From Clostridiales bacterium (lineage in GTDB: Bacteria; Bacillota; Peptococcia; DRI-13; UBA5745): 38,269 nucleotides of DNA. The position numbers and the translations under genes were made by a program. Position 1 is the stretch's first letter. Each line of letters starts with the position of its first letter. The notes below the pieces were generated by a model. The model searched no databases. It was not told where the DNA came from and was given only the letters and a program-made list of their open reading frames with translations. The stretch is from the NCBI GenBank assembly GCA_009777025.1, contig WRMS01000001.1:1-38269 (forward strand), given 5' to 3'. Positions 9,103 through 18,255 of this stretch are shown here, one piece after another.

Positions 9103-9180
9103 CGGCGCTGCGTTACCGCAGCGTTAGCAACTGACACTTTTGATTTCTTGTTTTAAATTGATGCCTTGAGGGTGTCAGTT
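9102..9180. repeat. mosaic-element copy (modules D + E) in a convergent intergenic gap
   Basis: gcggcgctgcgttaccgcagcgttagc (9102-9128) matches 34877-34903 apart from the loop; it forms a 7-bp stem cgctgcg/cgcagcg. tcttgttttaaattga (9146-9161) is identical to 10865-10880. A 9-bp inverted repeat aactgacac/gtgtcagtt lies at 9129-9137 and 9172-9180. Confidence 0.65.
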
Positions 9181-9196
9181 ACTATGGTGTACCCAA

Positions 9197-10795
9197 TCAG
9201 CTGAATAACTGCACCCAGTACAGCGTGCCGTTCGTGTCCAGCTCCACGCCGATACCAAGACTGATATAGTTGGGATCCAGCATATTCTTCCAGTGTTCTT
9301 CTGAATTCCTCCAAGCCCTGAGGGCGTCTTGCGGGCTTTCCTGTCCATAGGCAATGTTTTCACCGCAGCTTATATAATACCCTGCGTAAGCGCCTCCCAA
9401 ATCATCATAAACCGAAGCGAAACTTCTGCCGTCAGGCCTGATGTGGGAAAAGCTGCTGAGAATCTCTTTGCTTCTGATCATTGCCGCTGAATTGAGCGCC
9501 ATATTGCCGCCGGATAACACCGGGGAGCCTTGATTCGCTCTTTCCTGATTGGTGAGCCTGAATACTTCCGCGGCAAGTGCATTCATATCCAGTACCGTCA
9601 GGATAAGCGACTCCGAGACGCCGTTGGACGCCTCTGCCGTCAGGATCGCCTCGCCTGACGCATAACACGTAAAGCTTCCGTCTTGTGCAATGCGGACAAC
9701 CCCGGGGTTGTCAGAGCTTAAGCGGAATCTTTTATCTGTTGTATCCTCTGGGTAAAACGAGACGCTGAGTTGATCAGACTCGCCAACCTTATAACGCATC
9801 CGGTTGATGTGGATTTGAATATCCATAAGATCCGCGAAAACAGTGACCCGGCACTCTGTCCGCAGCCCATTATGGGATATGGCGGTAATGACGGCCTGCC
9901 CCGCGCCCTGGGCGGTGATCAGGCCCTCCTTGGATACCGTCGCAACGTCCGGCGCGCTGGAAGTAAAGGTCAGCGCCTGGTTTGTTGCGTTATCCGGCTG
10001 AATCATGACGGCCACTGACTGCGAAATGCCTTTCTGCATACGGATCTCGGAGGATAGAAAGGCGATGGAACGCACAGGGATAACGACACGGATATCCCAA
10101 GACGCCGAAACACCGCTTTGTGCCGATACCGCGGTGATTCTTGCCCTGCCGATACCCTTCGTCAGTAAGGTCTGGTTATCGATCACCTCAACGATTCGGG
10201 AATCGCTGGATTGCAGGTGTATCGTCTGGTCGGAGGCGTCACGGGGAAGGGTGAATAAGGTAAGGGGAATGGTTTCGTTCAGGCCGTATTCTGTTGCTGC
10301 CGCCGATAAAGTGATGCTTTCGACAGGAACGATTACCCTTATCACGCATTCGGCACTGCGTCCGTTTTCATGCTCCGCCGTAATCCGAGTCTCTCCGGCG
10401 CCGACTGCGGTTACTTCGCCGTTATCGGATACTAAAGCAACGGAAGGGTCGCCGGTGCTCCAGCGTATAGCCCTGTCGTTCTCGTCGCCGGGAAGCACGA
10501 AACAGGTGATCGTCAGCGTATCATTTCTGTTGAGCGTCGTGAAAGTCGGCGATACCAGTACGATTTGCGCAGTTTGCTGTTCAGGCTGCGGTTCAAGCTG
10601 CGGTTCAAGCTGCGTTTCAGGCTGCAGTTCAAGCTGCGTTTCATCCGGATCCGGGCTTTCGGCTACATAGGCGGCTTCCGGTATCGGCTCATTTTCAATG
10701 ACGACCGTTTCCTGTCCCTCTGGGGAACAAGCCGCCAGCGCATAGCAAAAGAGGAGATAAAGCGCAATGCATAGGGACAGAATTGCTTTTCTCAT
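9197..10795 (-). CDS. lipoprotein with Big_2-type Ig-like repeats and a C-terminal CAP/SCP (YkwD-like) domain
   Basis: ATG 10795 follows AAGGAG. The signal peptide and lipobox read MRKAILSLCIALYLLFCYALAAC. It has several roughly 85-aa Ig-like repeats (...VSDNGEVTAVGAGETRITA...) and a CAP-like tail (FRLTNQERANQG...GENIAYGQESPQDALRAWRNSEEHWKNM). Confidence 0.85.
   Translation of the reverse strand: MRKAILSLCIALYLLFCYALAACSPEGQETVVIENEPIPEAAYVAESPDPDETQLELQPETQLEPQLEPQPEQQTAQIVLVSPTFTTLNRNDTLTITCFVLPGDENDRAIRWSTGDPSVALVSDNGEVTAVGAGETRITAEHENGRSAECVIRVIVPVESITLSAAATEYGLNETIPLTLFTLPRDASDQTIHLQSSDSRIVEVIDNQTLLTKGIGRARITAVSAQSGVSASWDIRVVIPVRSIAFLSSEIRMQKGISQSVAVMIQPDNATNQALTFTSSAPDVATVSKEGLITAQGAGQAVITAISHNGLRTECRVTVFADLMDIQIHINRMRYKVGESDQLSVSFYPEDTTDKRFRLSSDNPGVVRIAQDGSFTCYASGEAILTAEASNGVSESLILTVLDMNALAAEVFRLTNQERANQGSPVLSGGNMALNSAAMIRSKEILSSFSHIRPDGRSFASVYDDLGGAYAGYYISCGENIAYGQESPQDALRAWRNSEEHWKNMLDPNYISLGIGVELDTNGTLYWVQLFS
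10578..10637. repeat. in-frame 12-nt tandem repeat (5 units) encoding a Q/L/E/P linker
   Basis: tgttcaggctgc, ggttcaagctgc x2, gtttcaggctgc and agttcaagctgc, encoding ...ELQPETQLEPQLEPQPEQ... in the lipoprotein. Confidence 0.8.
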
Positions 10796-10864
10796 GGGTG
10801 AATGGCTCCTTCTACTTCGCGGTGCTGCGATCACGCGGCGATTGTGACGGACTTCCTCAAAAAA

Positions 10865-10891
10865 TCTTGTTTTAAATTGACACATCAAGTC
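10865..10891. repeat. mosaic-element module E
   Basis: tcttgttttaaattgacacatcaagtc. The first 16 nt are identical to 9146-9161. tgttttaaattgacacatcaagtc matches 34925-34948 with one mismatch. Confidence 0.7.
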
Positions 10892-10896
10892 TCATT

Positions 10897-11691
10897 CTAT
10901 ACCGGTGGAGAGTCAGTCGCAAAACCTTTTTCCGCAAGCCATTGCGGAAAGTCTTTGGCGATAATCCTTTCCCCCGTCAAACCCGCCGCTTGATCGGAGG
11001 TGAGAAACAAGATCGCCTCGTTCAGGATACTGGCTGGCAACAAGCCACGGCTTTCAGCGGTTTCCCGCTGTTCTTCCGGCACAAAGCCGGTATTGGAGGC
11101 GCCGCCGGGCAGGAGTACATTGACTGAGATGTGATATGCTTTCAATTGTTCGGACAGGATGACCGACATTGCTTCCGCCGCAGCGCGCGCCGGTCCGTAA
11201 GGCAACTGGCCGGGCGCCGTCATCGTCCGGATGCTGGTCGAGACATTGACAATCCTGCCGCCATGCGTAAGCATAAACGGGGTGAACGCGCGGGTAACCA
11301 GAAAATAACCGATGAAATTGGTCTCGACAATATCTCTGAACGCGCCGGGATCAATTTGATGAACCGGCGTCGGGTTTTCCGCATGGTTCTTGTTGATGGC
11401 GCCCATACCGATACCCGCGTTATTGACAAGCATATCCAGCCTCTCCCAGTTGCCTGCAATCCATTCGGCGGCGGTTGCGACGGAAGATTCGCTGCGCACG
11501 TCCATTTCCAGCGCATGGACGTCGTAACCGCCGCCCTTGAGTTCTGCGTAAGCTTTATCGAGCTTCGCGCCACCCCTCGCGGCAATCGCTACCGTAGCGC
11601 CGTGCGCCAACAGGGTTTTCGCCATTTCAAAGCCGAAGCCGCTGGATCCCCCTGTGATAAGCGTATGCCACCCTTTCAGCATTTCATTCAT
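10897..11691 (-). CDS. SDR-family oxidoreductase
   Basis: TGGSSGFG cofactor motif and an NNAG motif. The catalytic region YGPAR has Arg where YxxxK is usual. ATG 11691 lies 6 nt after AAGGTG. Confidence 0.85.
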   Translation of the reverse strand: MNEMLKGWHTLITGGSSGFGFEMAKTLLAHGATVAIAARGGAKLDKAYAELKGGGYDVHALEMDVRSESSVATAAEWIAGNWERLDMLVNNAGIGMGAINKNHAENPTPVHQIDPGAFRDIVETNFIGYFLVTRAFTPFMLTHGGRIVNVSTSIRTMTAPGQLPYGPARAAAEAMSVILSEQLKAYHISVNVLLPGGASNTGFVPEEQRETAESRGLLPASILNEAILFLTSDQAAGLTGERIIAKDFPQWLAEKGFATDSPPV

Positions 11692-11739
11692 CGATATCAC
11701 CTTTTATTCTACACATTATTCTACACTTTATTTATGATA

Positions 11740-13374
11740 TCATTTTTGCGGTTCAATTTCAAACTGCTTTAATAAAGACAGTGTCTCTGCGTATTCCGCC
11801 TCAAGAGCGGCTTTTTCCGCGCCTGCCAGGGACATATCGGCTAAAATCTTTGTCAGCCGCATTTCCAGCACTAGCTTATCCGCCGCGCCCGCCGCTGCCC
11901 GGACGCCCTCGTTTCGATTTTCGTACTCGAGCAAAGTACCGTCAAACTGGCGCAATTGCCTGTCCTGAATGATCAGCAGCTTGTCGGCGACAGCGCGGAC
12001 CAGCTCTTTGTCATGGGCGACGAAGAGCAGGGTCCCTTCGTAGTCTTTGAGCAAATCCTGCACGGCTTCAATCGAGTCGATATCCAGATAGTTGGTCGGT
12101 TCGTCTATCAGAAGCACATTCGCGTCGGAAGTCATCAGTTTGGCTAGCGCGAGCTTTACTTTTTCACCGCCGGAAAGCATGGAGACGGCTTTATATACAT
12201 CGTCGCCGCGAAACAGAAGCCTCGCCAGGATCATTCGCACCGCTGCCGGACTCTGCACGCTATCTTCCAGTGCATTGTCCAAAACGCTTCGATTCGGCTG
12301 AAGATTATCCAAGCCCTGATAAAAGCAGCCCAGTTTGACCTTGGGCGCTTTGCTAATGCCTTCGCCGTCCTTAAGGATCATATTTAGCAGCGTTGTTTTT
12401 CCGGAGCCGTTTCCGCCGAGAAGCGCTGTTTTCGATTGATTGGAAATGGCAAATTCAGCCCGGTCAAACAGGATCAGGTTATCGTACGCAAAGGAAATCG
12501 CTTTGCCGCGGATTACCACTTTGCCTTGGGGCGGATCCGTTAGTGAAAAATCCAGGCGCATCCTGTGGTTTTCTTTCGGCTTCTCCTTTACTTCAAGCTT
12601 ATCGATGCGGGACTGAATCCCTTTGGCGGCGCCATGGAGTTTTTCCGACTTTTCTTCGGCTGCGCGCCGGTGCAGCCTCGCCTCAGAATTTCCCATCCGC
12701 CGAGGCGCTTGCTTGATGGAGGAAGCACGGGTTTTCGTATTGCTTAAGGCATTCTCCAGCCTTTGCTTTTCATCCTGGTACTGCTGATACTCCGCAAAGG
12801 CGCTCTCGAATTCTACCCGGCGTTTCTCCCGATAAAAACTGTAATTGCCATTATATTCTGTAATTTTTGCATCACGAATTTCGAGTATTCTATTGCATAA
12901 CCTGTCGAGCAGACTCCTGTCATGGCTGATTAATACGATGGTTTTCTCGAAGGCAAGCTTGCGATACAACAGCTCGATGCCGTCGTCGTCGAGATTGGAG
13001 GTTGGCTCATCCGCAAGCAGCAACCGGTGTTCTTTGCTTAGGGCGCCAAAGATCCGGGCTTTCGTCTGCTCGCCGCCGCTGAAAGCCGGTTTGCCTGTCT
13101 CCTCATCGGTCAGATATTCGTACAGGATACTGGTATCCTCATCGGCTTCCGCATCGGAAAACTGCCGGATGTAGGCTATGTCATGGTATTGTTTGCAGTA
13201 TCCCTCATCCGGCGGCAGCTCGCCGCTGAAGATATTCATCAGGGTCGTTTTTCCTGATCCGTTCGCACCAACTAGGCCGATCCGGTCGCCGGAATAAATC
13301 TTCAATTCAGGCAGGTCGATGAGCAGCCGGTTTCCATAGGTCTTTTTTATATTGATCGCTTCCAATAAAAGCAA
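11740..13374 (-). CDS. ABC-F family ATPase (ribosome-protection / ARE-type candidate)
   Basis: Two ABC cassettes and no TM domain: Walker A GANGSGKTT and GGNGSGKTT, signatures FSGGEQ and LSGGEK. A charged roughly 80-aa inter-domain linker is present. TTG 13374 lies 6 nt after AAGGGGAG (MLLLEAINIKK...); the ORF-track start at 13503 has no RBS. Confidence 0.85.
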   Translation of the reverse strand: MLLLEAINIKKTYGNRLLIDLPELKIYSGDRIGLVGANGSGKTTLMNIFSGELPPDEGYCKQYHDIAYIRQFSDAEADEDTSILYEYLTDEETGKPAFSGGEQTKARIFGALSKEHRLLLADEPTSNLDDDGIELLYRKLAFEKTIVLISHDRSLLDRLCNRILEIRDAKITEYNGNYSFYREKRRVEFESAFAEYQQYQDEKQRLENALSNTKTRASSIKQAPRRMGNSEARLHRRAAEEKSEKLHGAAKGIQSRIDKLEVKEKPKENHRMRLDFSLTDPPQGKVVIRGKAISFAYDNLILFDRAEFAISNQSKTALLGGNGSGKTTLLNMILKDGEGISKAPKVKLGCFYQGLDNLQPNRSVLDNALEDSVQSPAAVRMILARLLFRGDDVYKAVSMLSGGEKVKLALAKLMTSDANVLLIDEPTNYLDIDSIEAVQDLLKDYEGTLLFVAHDKELVRAVADKLLIIQDRQLRQFDGTLLEYENRNEGVRAAAGAADKLVLEMRLTKILADMSLAGAEKAALEAEYAETLSLLKQFEIEPQK

Positions 13375-13683
13375 AAAAATCTCCCCTTTCACAGGACTGT
13401 GTCGGAAAGATGTGCGCAGGATTACATAGGCAAAGCAAAAACATCCGGAGAACGGAGAAGACACCCAAAATGAATCGGGCTGCATCTGCATGTTGTGCGC
13501 CAATCCGACAAACGGGCGTGTTTAGCCCGCTCTGTATATCACATTTCATGATTCCTGTCAGATTAGCAAATTCTCATCTTCCGGTTACCTTTGCCTTTCC
13601 CAAAATAGGCTGCCGCCCATAATTAAGGCGAAGCAGCATCCCCTAAGCATATATAGTATAACTGACCCGGCTTTCATCAACAA
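13375..13683 (-). promoter_or_regulatory. candidate promoter plus roughly 270-nt leader of the ABC-F gene
   Basis: On the minus strand: TTGTTG (13683-13678), a 17-nt spacer, then TATACT (13660-13655). A long untranslated leader precedes the TTG start. It contains only short uORFs without a good RBS. Confidence 0.35.
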
Positions 13684-13706
13684 GTGCTGAACGAAGATTC
13701 GTTCAA
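13605..13706. repeat. mosaic-element copy (modules B + A)
   Basis: ataggctgccgcccataattaaggcgaagcagcatcccct (13605-13644) aligns with gtgggctgccgcccacaacccaagcgaagcggcatcccct (34711-34750). gtgctgaacgaagattcgttcaa (13684-13706) is identical to 5096-5118. Confidence 0.65.
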
Positions 13707-13728
13707 ATACGGCGTCTTCTTACCTGTG

Positions 13729-13757
13729 TTGCGGATAGCAAAGACCTTGCATATAAT
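13729..13757 (+). promoter_or_regulatory. candidate sigma-A promoter for the isochorismatase-family gene
   Basis: TTGCGG (13729-13734), a 17-nt spacer, then TATAAT (13752-13757). Confidence 0.5.
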
Positions 13758-13791
13758 GTAGATAGTAATGTTGAAAGATGAGGGTTGCGCT

Positions 13792-14295
13792 ATGGAAAAG
13801 ATCCTGGTTGTGATTGATATGCAAAACTTCTTCATCCTGGGACCGATGGGGACGCCGGAGGCAAAGTCCGTTGTTCCCCGCATAGCAGAAAAGCTTAAGC
13901 GCTTTGAGGGGACTGTCTATGTGACCCAGGATATAAACCCCCACTGCGCGGAAGGAACGGAAGCTTTTGCCGTTTACCCTCCGATCCAGTCCGCCTTGCC
14001 GGAGGATGCAAAGTACTTTAGCAAATGGACTTTCGGCAGCGTCGACCTTGCCAAGGCGATCACCGCCAGGTATCAAGAACTGGCGGCAGACAGCGCGGAA
14101 GGCGATCCCGTGTTGGATGTGGAGTTTTGCGGTGTGTGCACCAATGTCTGTGTTATCTCCAACACGCTGATGTTGAAAGCCTTTATCCCAAAGGCAAGCA
14201 TAGCGGTGGACGCTTCCTGCTGCGCGGCGTATCCGCCTGATCTGCACCAAGCGGCGCTGGACGTCATGCAATCCTGCAGAATCGAGATCCGGTGA
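13792..14295 (+). CDS. isochorismatase-family cysteine hydrolase
   Basis: MEKILVVIDMQNFF N-terminus and a CGVCTNVCV catalytic-Cys region. ATG 13792 follows GAGGG. Confidence 0.8.
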   Translation: MEKILVVIDMQNFFILGPMGTPEAKSVVPRIAEKLKRFEGTVYVTQDINPHCAEGTEAFAVYPPIQSALPEDAKYFSKWTFGSVDLAKAITARYQELAADSAEGDPVLDVEFCGVCTNVCVISNTLMLKAFIPKASIAVDASCCAAYPPDLHQAALDVMQSCRIEIR

Positions 14296-14299
14296 ACGT

Positions 14300-16351
14300 T
14301 CAATCCTGCGGATGGAACCAGTCATATACGGCGTCCGCAGTTTTTTTGTTTATTCCCGGCGTCGCCGCCAGTTCGTTCCTCTCCGCCGCCATGATGTTTT
14401 TCAAAGACAGTTGAAAATGGTTCAGCAGGGCTTTCTTGCCTTTTGGCCCAAGGCCCGGGATTTCGTCCAGGGCGGAAGCCAGGTTCCTTCTGCCGCGGAG
14501 CAAGCGGTGGTAGGTCAGCGCGAAACGGTGGGCTTCGTCGCGTATCATCTGCAAAAGTTGAATCGCCGGGGATTTCGGATCCAGGATCAAGGGGTCGGAT
14601 TGCTCCGGCTTATACAGCCATTCAAATTGCTTAGCAAGGCCGACTGTGGGAATATGGCCGACTTCAAGCAGTTCCATAACGGCTCGCGCGGAGGACAACT
14701 GCCCTTTGCCGCCGTCGATAACGACCAGATCCGGTAAATCGCCGAATTTGCTATCTTCCCTTCGTTCTTTACTAAAACGGCGGAGGATGACTTCCGCCAT
14801 GGAAGCGAAATCATCATTACCATCCACGCTTTTGATTTTGAACCGGCGGTAAAACTCGGGCCGGGGTCGCCCGTCGATGGAAACAGCCATGGACGCTACG
14901 GTTTCCGTACCGGAAATGTGCGAAACGTCGTAACATTCCATGCGATGAGGTAAATTTTCCAGACTCAAGGCTTCCCGGATCTCCGCCAAACCCCGTTCAA
15001 AGCGGTCGCCCTGGCCGCCGTCATGCTGCTCGACTTGCAGCAACAGATCCCGGGCGTTTTTACCCACCATATCCAACAGGCCTTTGCGTTCGCCGCGTTT
15101 GGGCATCCTGATCTGTACCTTGCGTTTGCGCTCCCGGGAGAGCCAGGCTTGCGTTGTAGCGAGTTCATCCGCTATATCAACGGCAACGTCGGCATCAGTG
15201 GCAACGGCAGCATCGGCGTTGGCGTCTGCATCGGCGTAAGCGTCTGCATTGGCGTCGGCGTCGGTATTATATTTCGCGGCGGCTTCAGCCACGGCGGCTT
15301 CGGCTACAGCGCCCGTTCCGGTATAGGCGGATCCGTCCGCGCCCTCTTCCGCCTCATCCGGGTTTTGATCTCCCGCCGGCCTGTCCAACGGGGGTATGAC
15401 AATTTCCGGCGGAATGACCGGCGTTCTGCTGTAGTATTGCTGCAGAAACGGCATCAGGACTTCCTCATTCCCCTGAACGCCCTCCAGAAAGAAAGTCTCC
15501 CTGCCGAGAAGCTTGCCTTCCCGGACAAAAAACACCTGCACACAAACCTTGCTTTTCCCCCGCGCGTAGTTGATTACATCATAGTCCTCGTTCTTGTCGG
15601 ACACGATCTTTTGCTTCTCGATCACACGCCGGATGGAGTTCAATTGATCCCGCATCAAGGCGGCTTCTTCAAAGCGCATATCTTCCGCCGCCTGGTTCAT
15701 TTTATCCTCAATGGTTTTACATAAAGCTTCCTGACGGCCTTCCAAAAACTGAATCACCTGATGGATGACGTCCTGATACGCCTCTTTGCTTATCTGCCCC
15801 ATACAAGGCGCCATGCAACGGCCGATATGCCGGTTTAGACAGGGGCGCTGCTGCTTTCCCCAGCCTGCGGTTGATGTGCAGTTGCGCAGGGGGAAAATCC
15901 GCTTCAGCAGTTTCATGGTATCCTTGATATCGCTGCTGGAGGTATAGGGTCCAAAATACCTGGCGCCGTCCCGCTCCATTCTGTGTACATATTCCACCTT
16001 CGGGAAATCTTCCATACTGATTCGCACATAGGGATAAGCTTTATCGTCGACCAGCTTGATATTATACCGGGGTTTATGCTTCTTGATCAGATTGCACTCC
16101 AATATAAGAGCTTCGATTTCCGAATCTGTCAGTATCCATTCCAGATCGGATATGTGTTTCACCAAAGCTCTGGTTTTTTCCTGATGCGCCCCCGGTCCAA
16201 GATTTTCTTTAAAGTAGGATTTTACCCGGTTTCGCAGGTTCAACGCTTTGCCGACATAAATCACCTTCCCGGCGGCATCCTTCATCAGATAGACCCCCGG
16301 CTCTGCAGGAAGCTTATTCAATTTATCTTCAATCATAGTGTTTGCCGGCAT
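14300..16351 (-). CDS. uvrC: excinuclease ABC subunit C, with a roughly 80-aa low-complexity insertion
   Basis: GIY-YIG module (PGVYLMKD...VIYVGKALNLRNRV), a Cys-rich segment, an endonuclease domain and a C-terminal (HhH)2 (IPGLGPKGKKALLNHF). ATG 16351 lies 5 nt after AGGTGA. Confidence 0.9.
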   Translation of the reverse strand: MPANTMIEDKLNKLPAEPGVYLMKDAAGKVIYVGKALNLRNRVKSYFKENLGPGAHQEKTRALVKHISDLEWILTDSEIEALILECNLIKKHKPRYNIKLVDDKAYPYVRISMEDFPKVEYVHRMERDGARYFGPYTSSSDIKDTMKLLKRIFPLRNCTSTAGWGKQQRPCLNRHIGRCMAPCMGQISKEAYQDVIHQVIQFLEGRQEALCKTIEDKMNQAAEDMRFEEAALMRDQLNSIRRVIEKQKIVSDKNEDYDVINYARGKSKVCVQVFFVREGKLLGRETFFLEGVQGNEEVLMPFLQQYYSRTPVIPPEIVIPPLDRPAGDQNPDEAEEGADGSAYTGTGAVAEAAVAEAAAKYNTDADANADAYADADANADAAVATDADVAVDIADELATTQAWLSRERKRKVQIRMPKRGERKGLLDMVGKNARDLLLQVEQHDGGQGDRFERGLAEIREALSLENLPHRMECYDVSHISGTETVASMAVSIDGRPRPEFYRRFKIKSVDGNDDFASMAEVILRRFSKERREDSKFGDLPDLVVIDGGKGQLSSARAVMELLEVGHIPTVGLAKQFEWLYKPEQSDPLILDPKSPAIQLLQMIRDEAHRFALTYHRLLRGRRNLASALDEIPGLGPKGKKALLNHFQLSLKNIMAAERNELAATPGINKKTADAVYDWFHPQD

Positions 16352-16364
16352 AACCATCACCTGC

Positions 16365-17609
16365 TCATGCTCTGTCTCTCGCTGGAGTCGGGTTAAAAAT
16401 GAGAATAAAGCCCAACGCAAACAGGAAGCCTCCCGTTCCGATGAGAATCCGGTCGATGCTGAAAATGTCTGCCAGTGGACCCCAAACCACCATTCCCAAT
16501 GGCGTCATCACGCTGGAAATCATCATCAGCACGGAAAAAACCCGGCCCATGAACGTGCTGTCTACGCTTGTCTGTAATAGTGTGACGATAGAGATGCTGC
16601 ATACATTTAGCATGATTCCGCATAAAGCGACACAAAACAGATAGATCCAAAAATTCCTGAACAGTCCGAGCAAGGCTGCGTTGAGCCCGAAAAGGCTAAG
16701 CGCAAGCATCATGCTACGATTTTTGTCTTTGAATCCGCCCCGGACGCCCATGACAAGCCCGCCTAGCGTCATCCCAACAAAAAATACGATGTTGAGCGCA
16801 GCCAGACGTTGCTCCGGTCCGATCGGAAGCCCGCCGGGCACAGTCCATATACTGTCCCCCCAATTCCGCACCACTTGAAGCTGTGTCAGAACGGCTGCGG
16901 GGGCATACATGAAGTAGAATACCGTCCCAAGCGCGATAAGCTTCTTCGCAAAGGGGTGCTTGCCGATATAGTTCAGACCTTCGCTGATGTCGCGAAGATA
17001 TTGCTTCAGCCCTGTCTGATTCTCGTTTTGACGGGAGCGGACGGGCGTTTTGACGAAAAGAAGCAAGATTCCGATGCCAATGATGGCTGTCGTCACATCA
17101 ATCAATAGGATTGCCCTGAGCGGGGCTATCGCGAGCAAAGCGCCCCCGGCCATCGGCGAAGCAAACAGGACTGCGGATTGGATGCTTCCGTGAATTCCGT
17201 TGATCCGGGCCAGTTGTTCCTGCGGTACAAGCTCGGGAATCAGAGCATTGATCGCAGGCGATTGTACGCCCTGCCCCAGCGCCCGCGAAGCAAGGCATAT
17301 CAGCAACAGCATGGAGTAGTCAGAGTCCGGCGAAATCACGAGAGCCATTAGCAGCGTGATGATCGCAATGGCAGCGTCGGAGAGGGTAATAATGCGCTTT
17401 TTGTTATGACGGTCAGCCCACACGCCACCGAAAGGCGCTATTAAGAACATCGGGAGCGCGGCGGCAATTGCGATAAGCGTCATCATCCATCCCGACTGCG
17501 TTTTTAGAGTAATGTACCACATTATGGAATAATGCACCAGCATGGAACCGAACAGCGAAATGCACTGCCCGGTCAGAAATAAAGCGGTATTGCGTTTCCA
17601 GTTGTCCAT
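16365..17609 (-). CDS. MFS transporter (drug/macrolide-efflux-like)
   Basis: About 12 hydrophobic spans. MDNWKRNTALFLTGQCISLFGSMLV... resembles MFS_3/Mef-type N-termini. The start is ATG 17609. Confidence 0.8.
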   Translation of the reverse strand: MDNWKRNTALFLTGQCISLFGSMLVHYSIMWYITLKTQSGWMMTLIAIAAALPMFLIAPFGGVWADRHNKKRIITLSDAAIAIITLLMALVISPDSDYSMLLLICLASRALGQGVQSPAINALIPELVPQEQLARINGIHGSIQSAVLFASPMAGGALLAIAPLRAILLIDVTTAIIGIGILLLFVKTPVRSRQNENQTGLKQYLRDISEGLNYIGKHPFAKKLIALGTVFYFMYAPAAVLTQLQVVRNWGDSIWTVPGGLPIGPEQRLAALNIVFFVGMTLGGLVMGVRGGFKDKNRSMMLALSLFGLNAALLGLFRNFWIYLFCVALCGIMLNVCSISIVTLLQTSVDSTFMGRVFSVLMMISSVMTPLGMVVWGPLADIFSIDRILIGTGGFLFALGFILIFNPTPARDRA

Positions 17610-17637
17610 TTCTCTGTTTCTTCCACCTTTCCCGATT

Positions 17638-17646
17638 ATTATAACA
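17638..17646 (-). promoter_or_regulatory. extended -10 promoter element for the MFS gene
   Basis: On the minus strand TGTTATAAT (TGnTATAAT) sits about 28 nt upstream of the ATG, with AAAGGTGG between them. Confidence 0.45.
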
Positions 17647-17913
17647 TGTAGTGTAGCTCTATTGGATCCTTGTTGCGTTATTGCGCGATTCTGAAACGGG
17701 ATTATTATATCACCCATGGCCGTCATTACTGTGTTTATCTATATAAGGAAGAATCAAAAAGACCGTGGGCATATATTGAATTTTGTAGCAATTCTTTTTC
17801 AGGTGAAAAGGATTATGGATATGGGAATGATACAATCTTGTATCTTTTTCAAGATAAGTAAAAGGTAGGAACTATCACCTTTGTCGCTTAAGACGAAACA
17901 AGTTCAATTTTTC

Positions 17914-17942
17914 TTGAAAAACTGGGCGGCTTTGGGTATAAT
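17914..17942 (+). promoter_or_regulatory. sigma-A promoter of the metG T-box leader
   Basis: TTGAAA (17914-17919), a 17-nt spacer, then TATAAT (17937-17942). Confidence 0.6.
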
Positions 17943-17949
17943 AGCGCTA

Positions 17950-18255
17950 CAACAAGCACAAAGGCAGTGAAAAGAAGAGTAGGCGGCTATACCTTTTACA
18001 GAGAACCCGGTTGATGAGAAAGGGTGGAGCTATGTAGCCGTCGAACATGGTCTTGGAGCCGCGCACCGAAGGTACCATGTACCCAAGGCTGCGACGGGTG
18101 CGCCCGTTAATGCGCTATGCTCTCGGCAGGTCATCTCCTGCCCGCAGCAGATGAGGTCCGCGCTGTGAAGCCCGGATAAATTTGGGGTGGTATCACGAAG
18201 CAATGCTCTCGTCCCCGAAAACTGAGTTTTCGGAGAGGGGGGCATTTTCTATTTC
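17950..18255 (+). promoter_or_regulatory. T-box riboswitch leader (Met expected)
   Basis: Stem-I elements AGAAGAGUAG and GAUGAGAAAGGGUGG at about 17975-18030. T-box sequence AAAUUUGGGGUGGUAUCACG at 18178-18197. Hairpin ccgaaaac/gttttcgg (18215-18233) is followed by cattttctattt. It lies directly upstream of metG. Several AUG triplets are present, but I could not fix the specifier position by eye. Confidence 0.75.

Noticed and set aside
17829-17844. 16-bp palindrome gatacaatcttgtatc between the MFS gene and the metG T-box promoter.
   Set aside because: It could be an operator for a regulator of the efflux gene. However, it lies about 190 nt from the MFS -10 element, is a single copy, and no regulator gene is adjacent. 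Evidence is insufficient.
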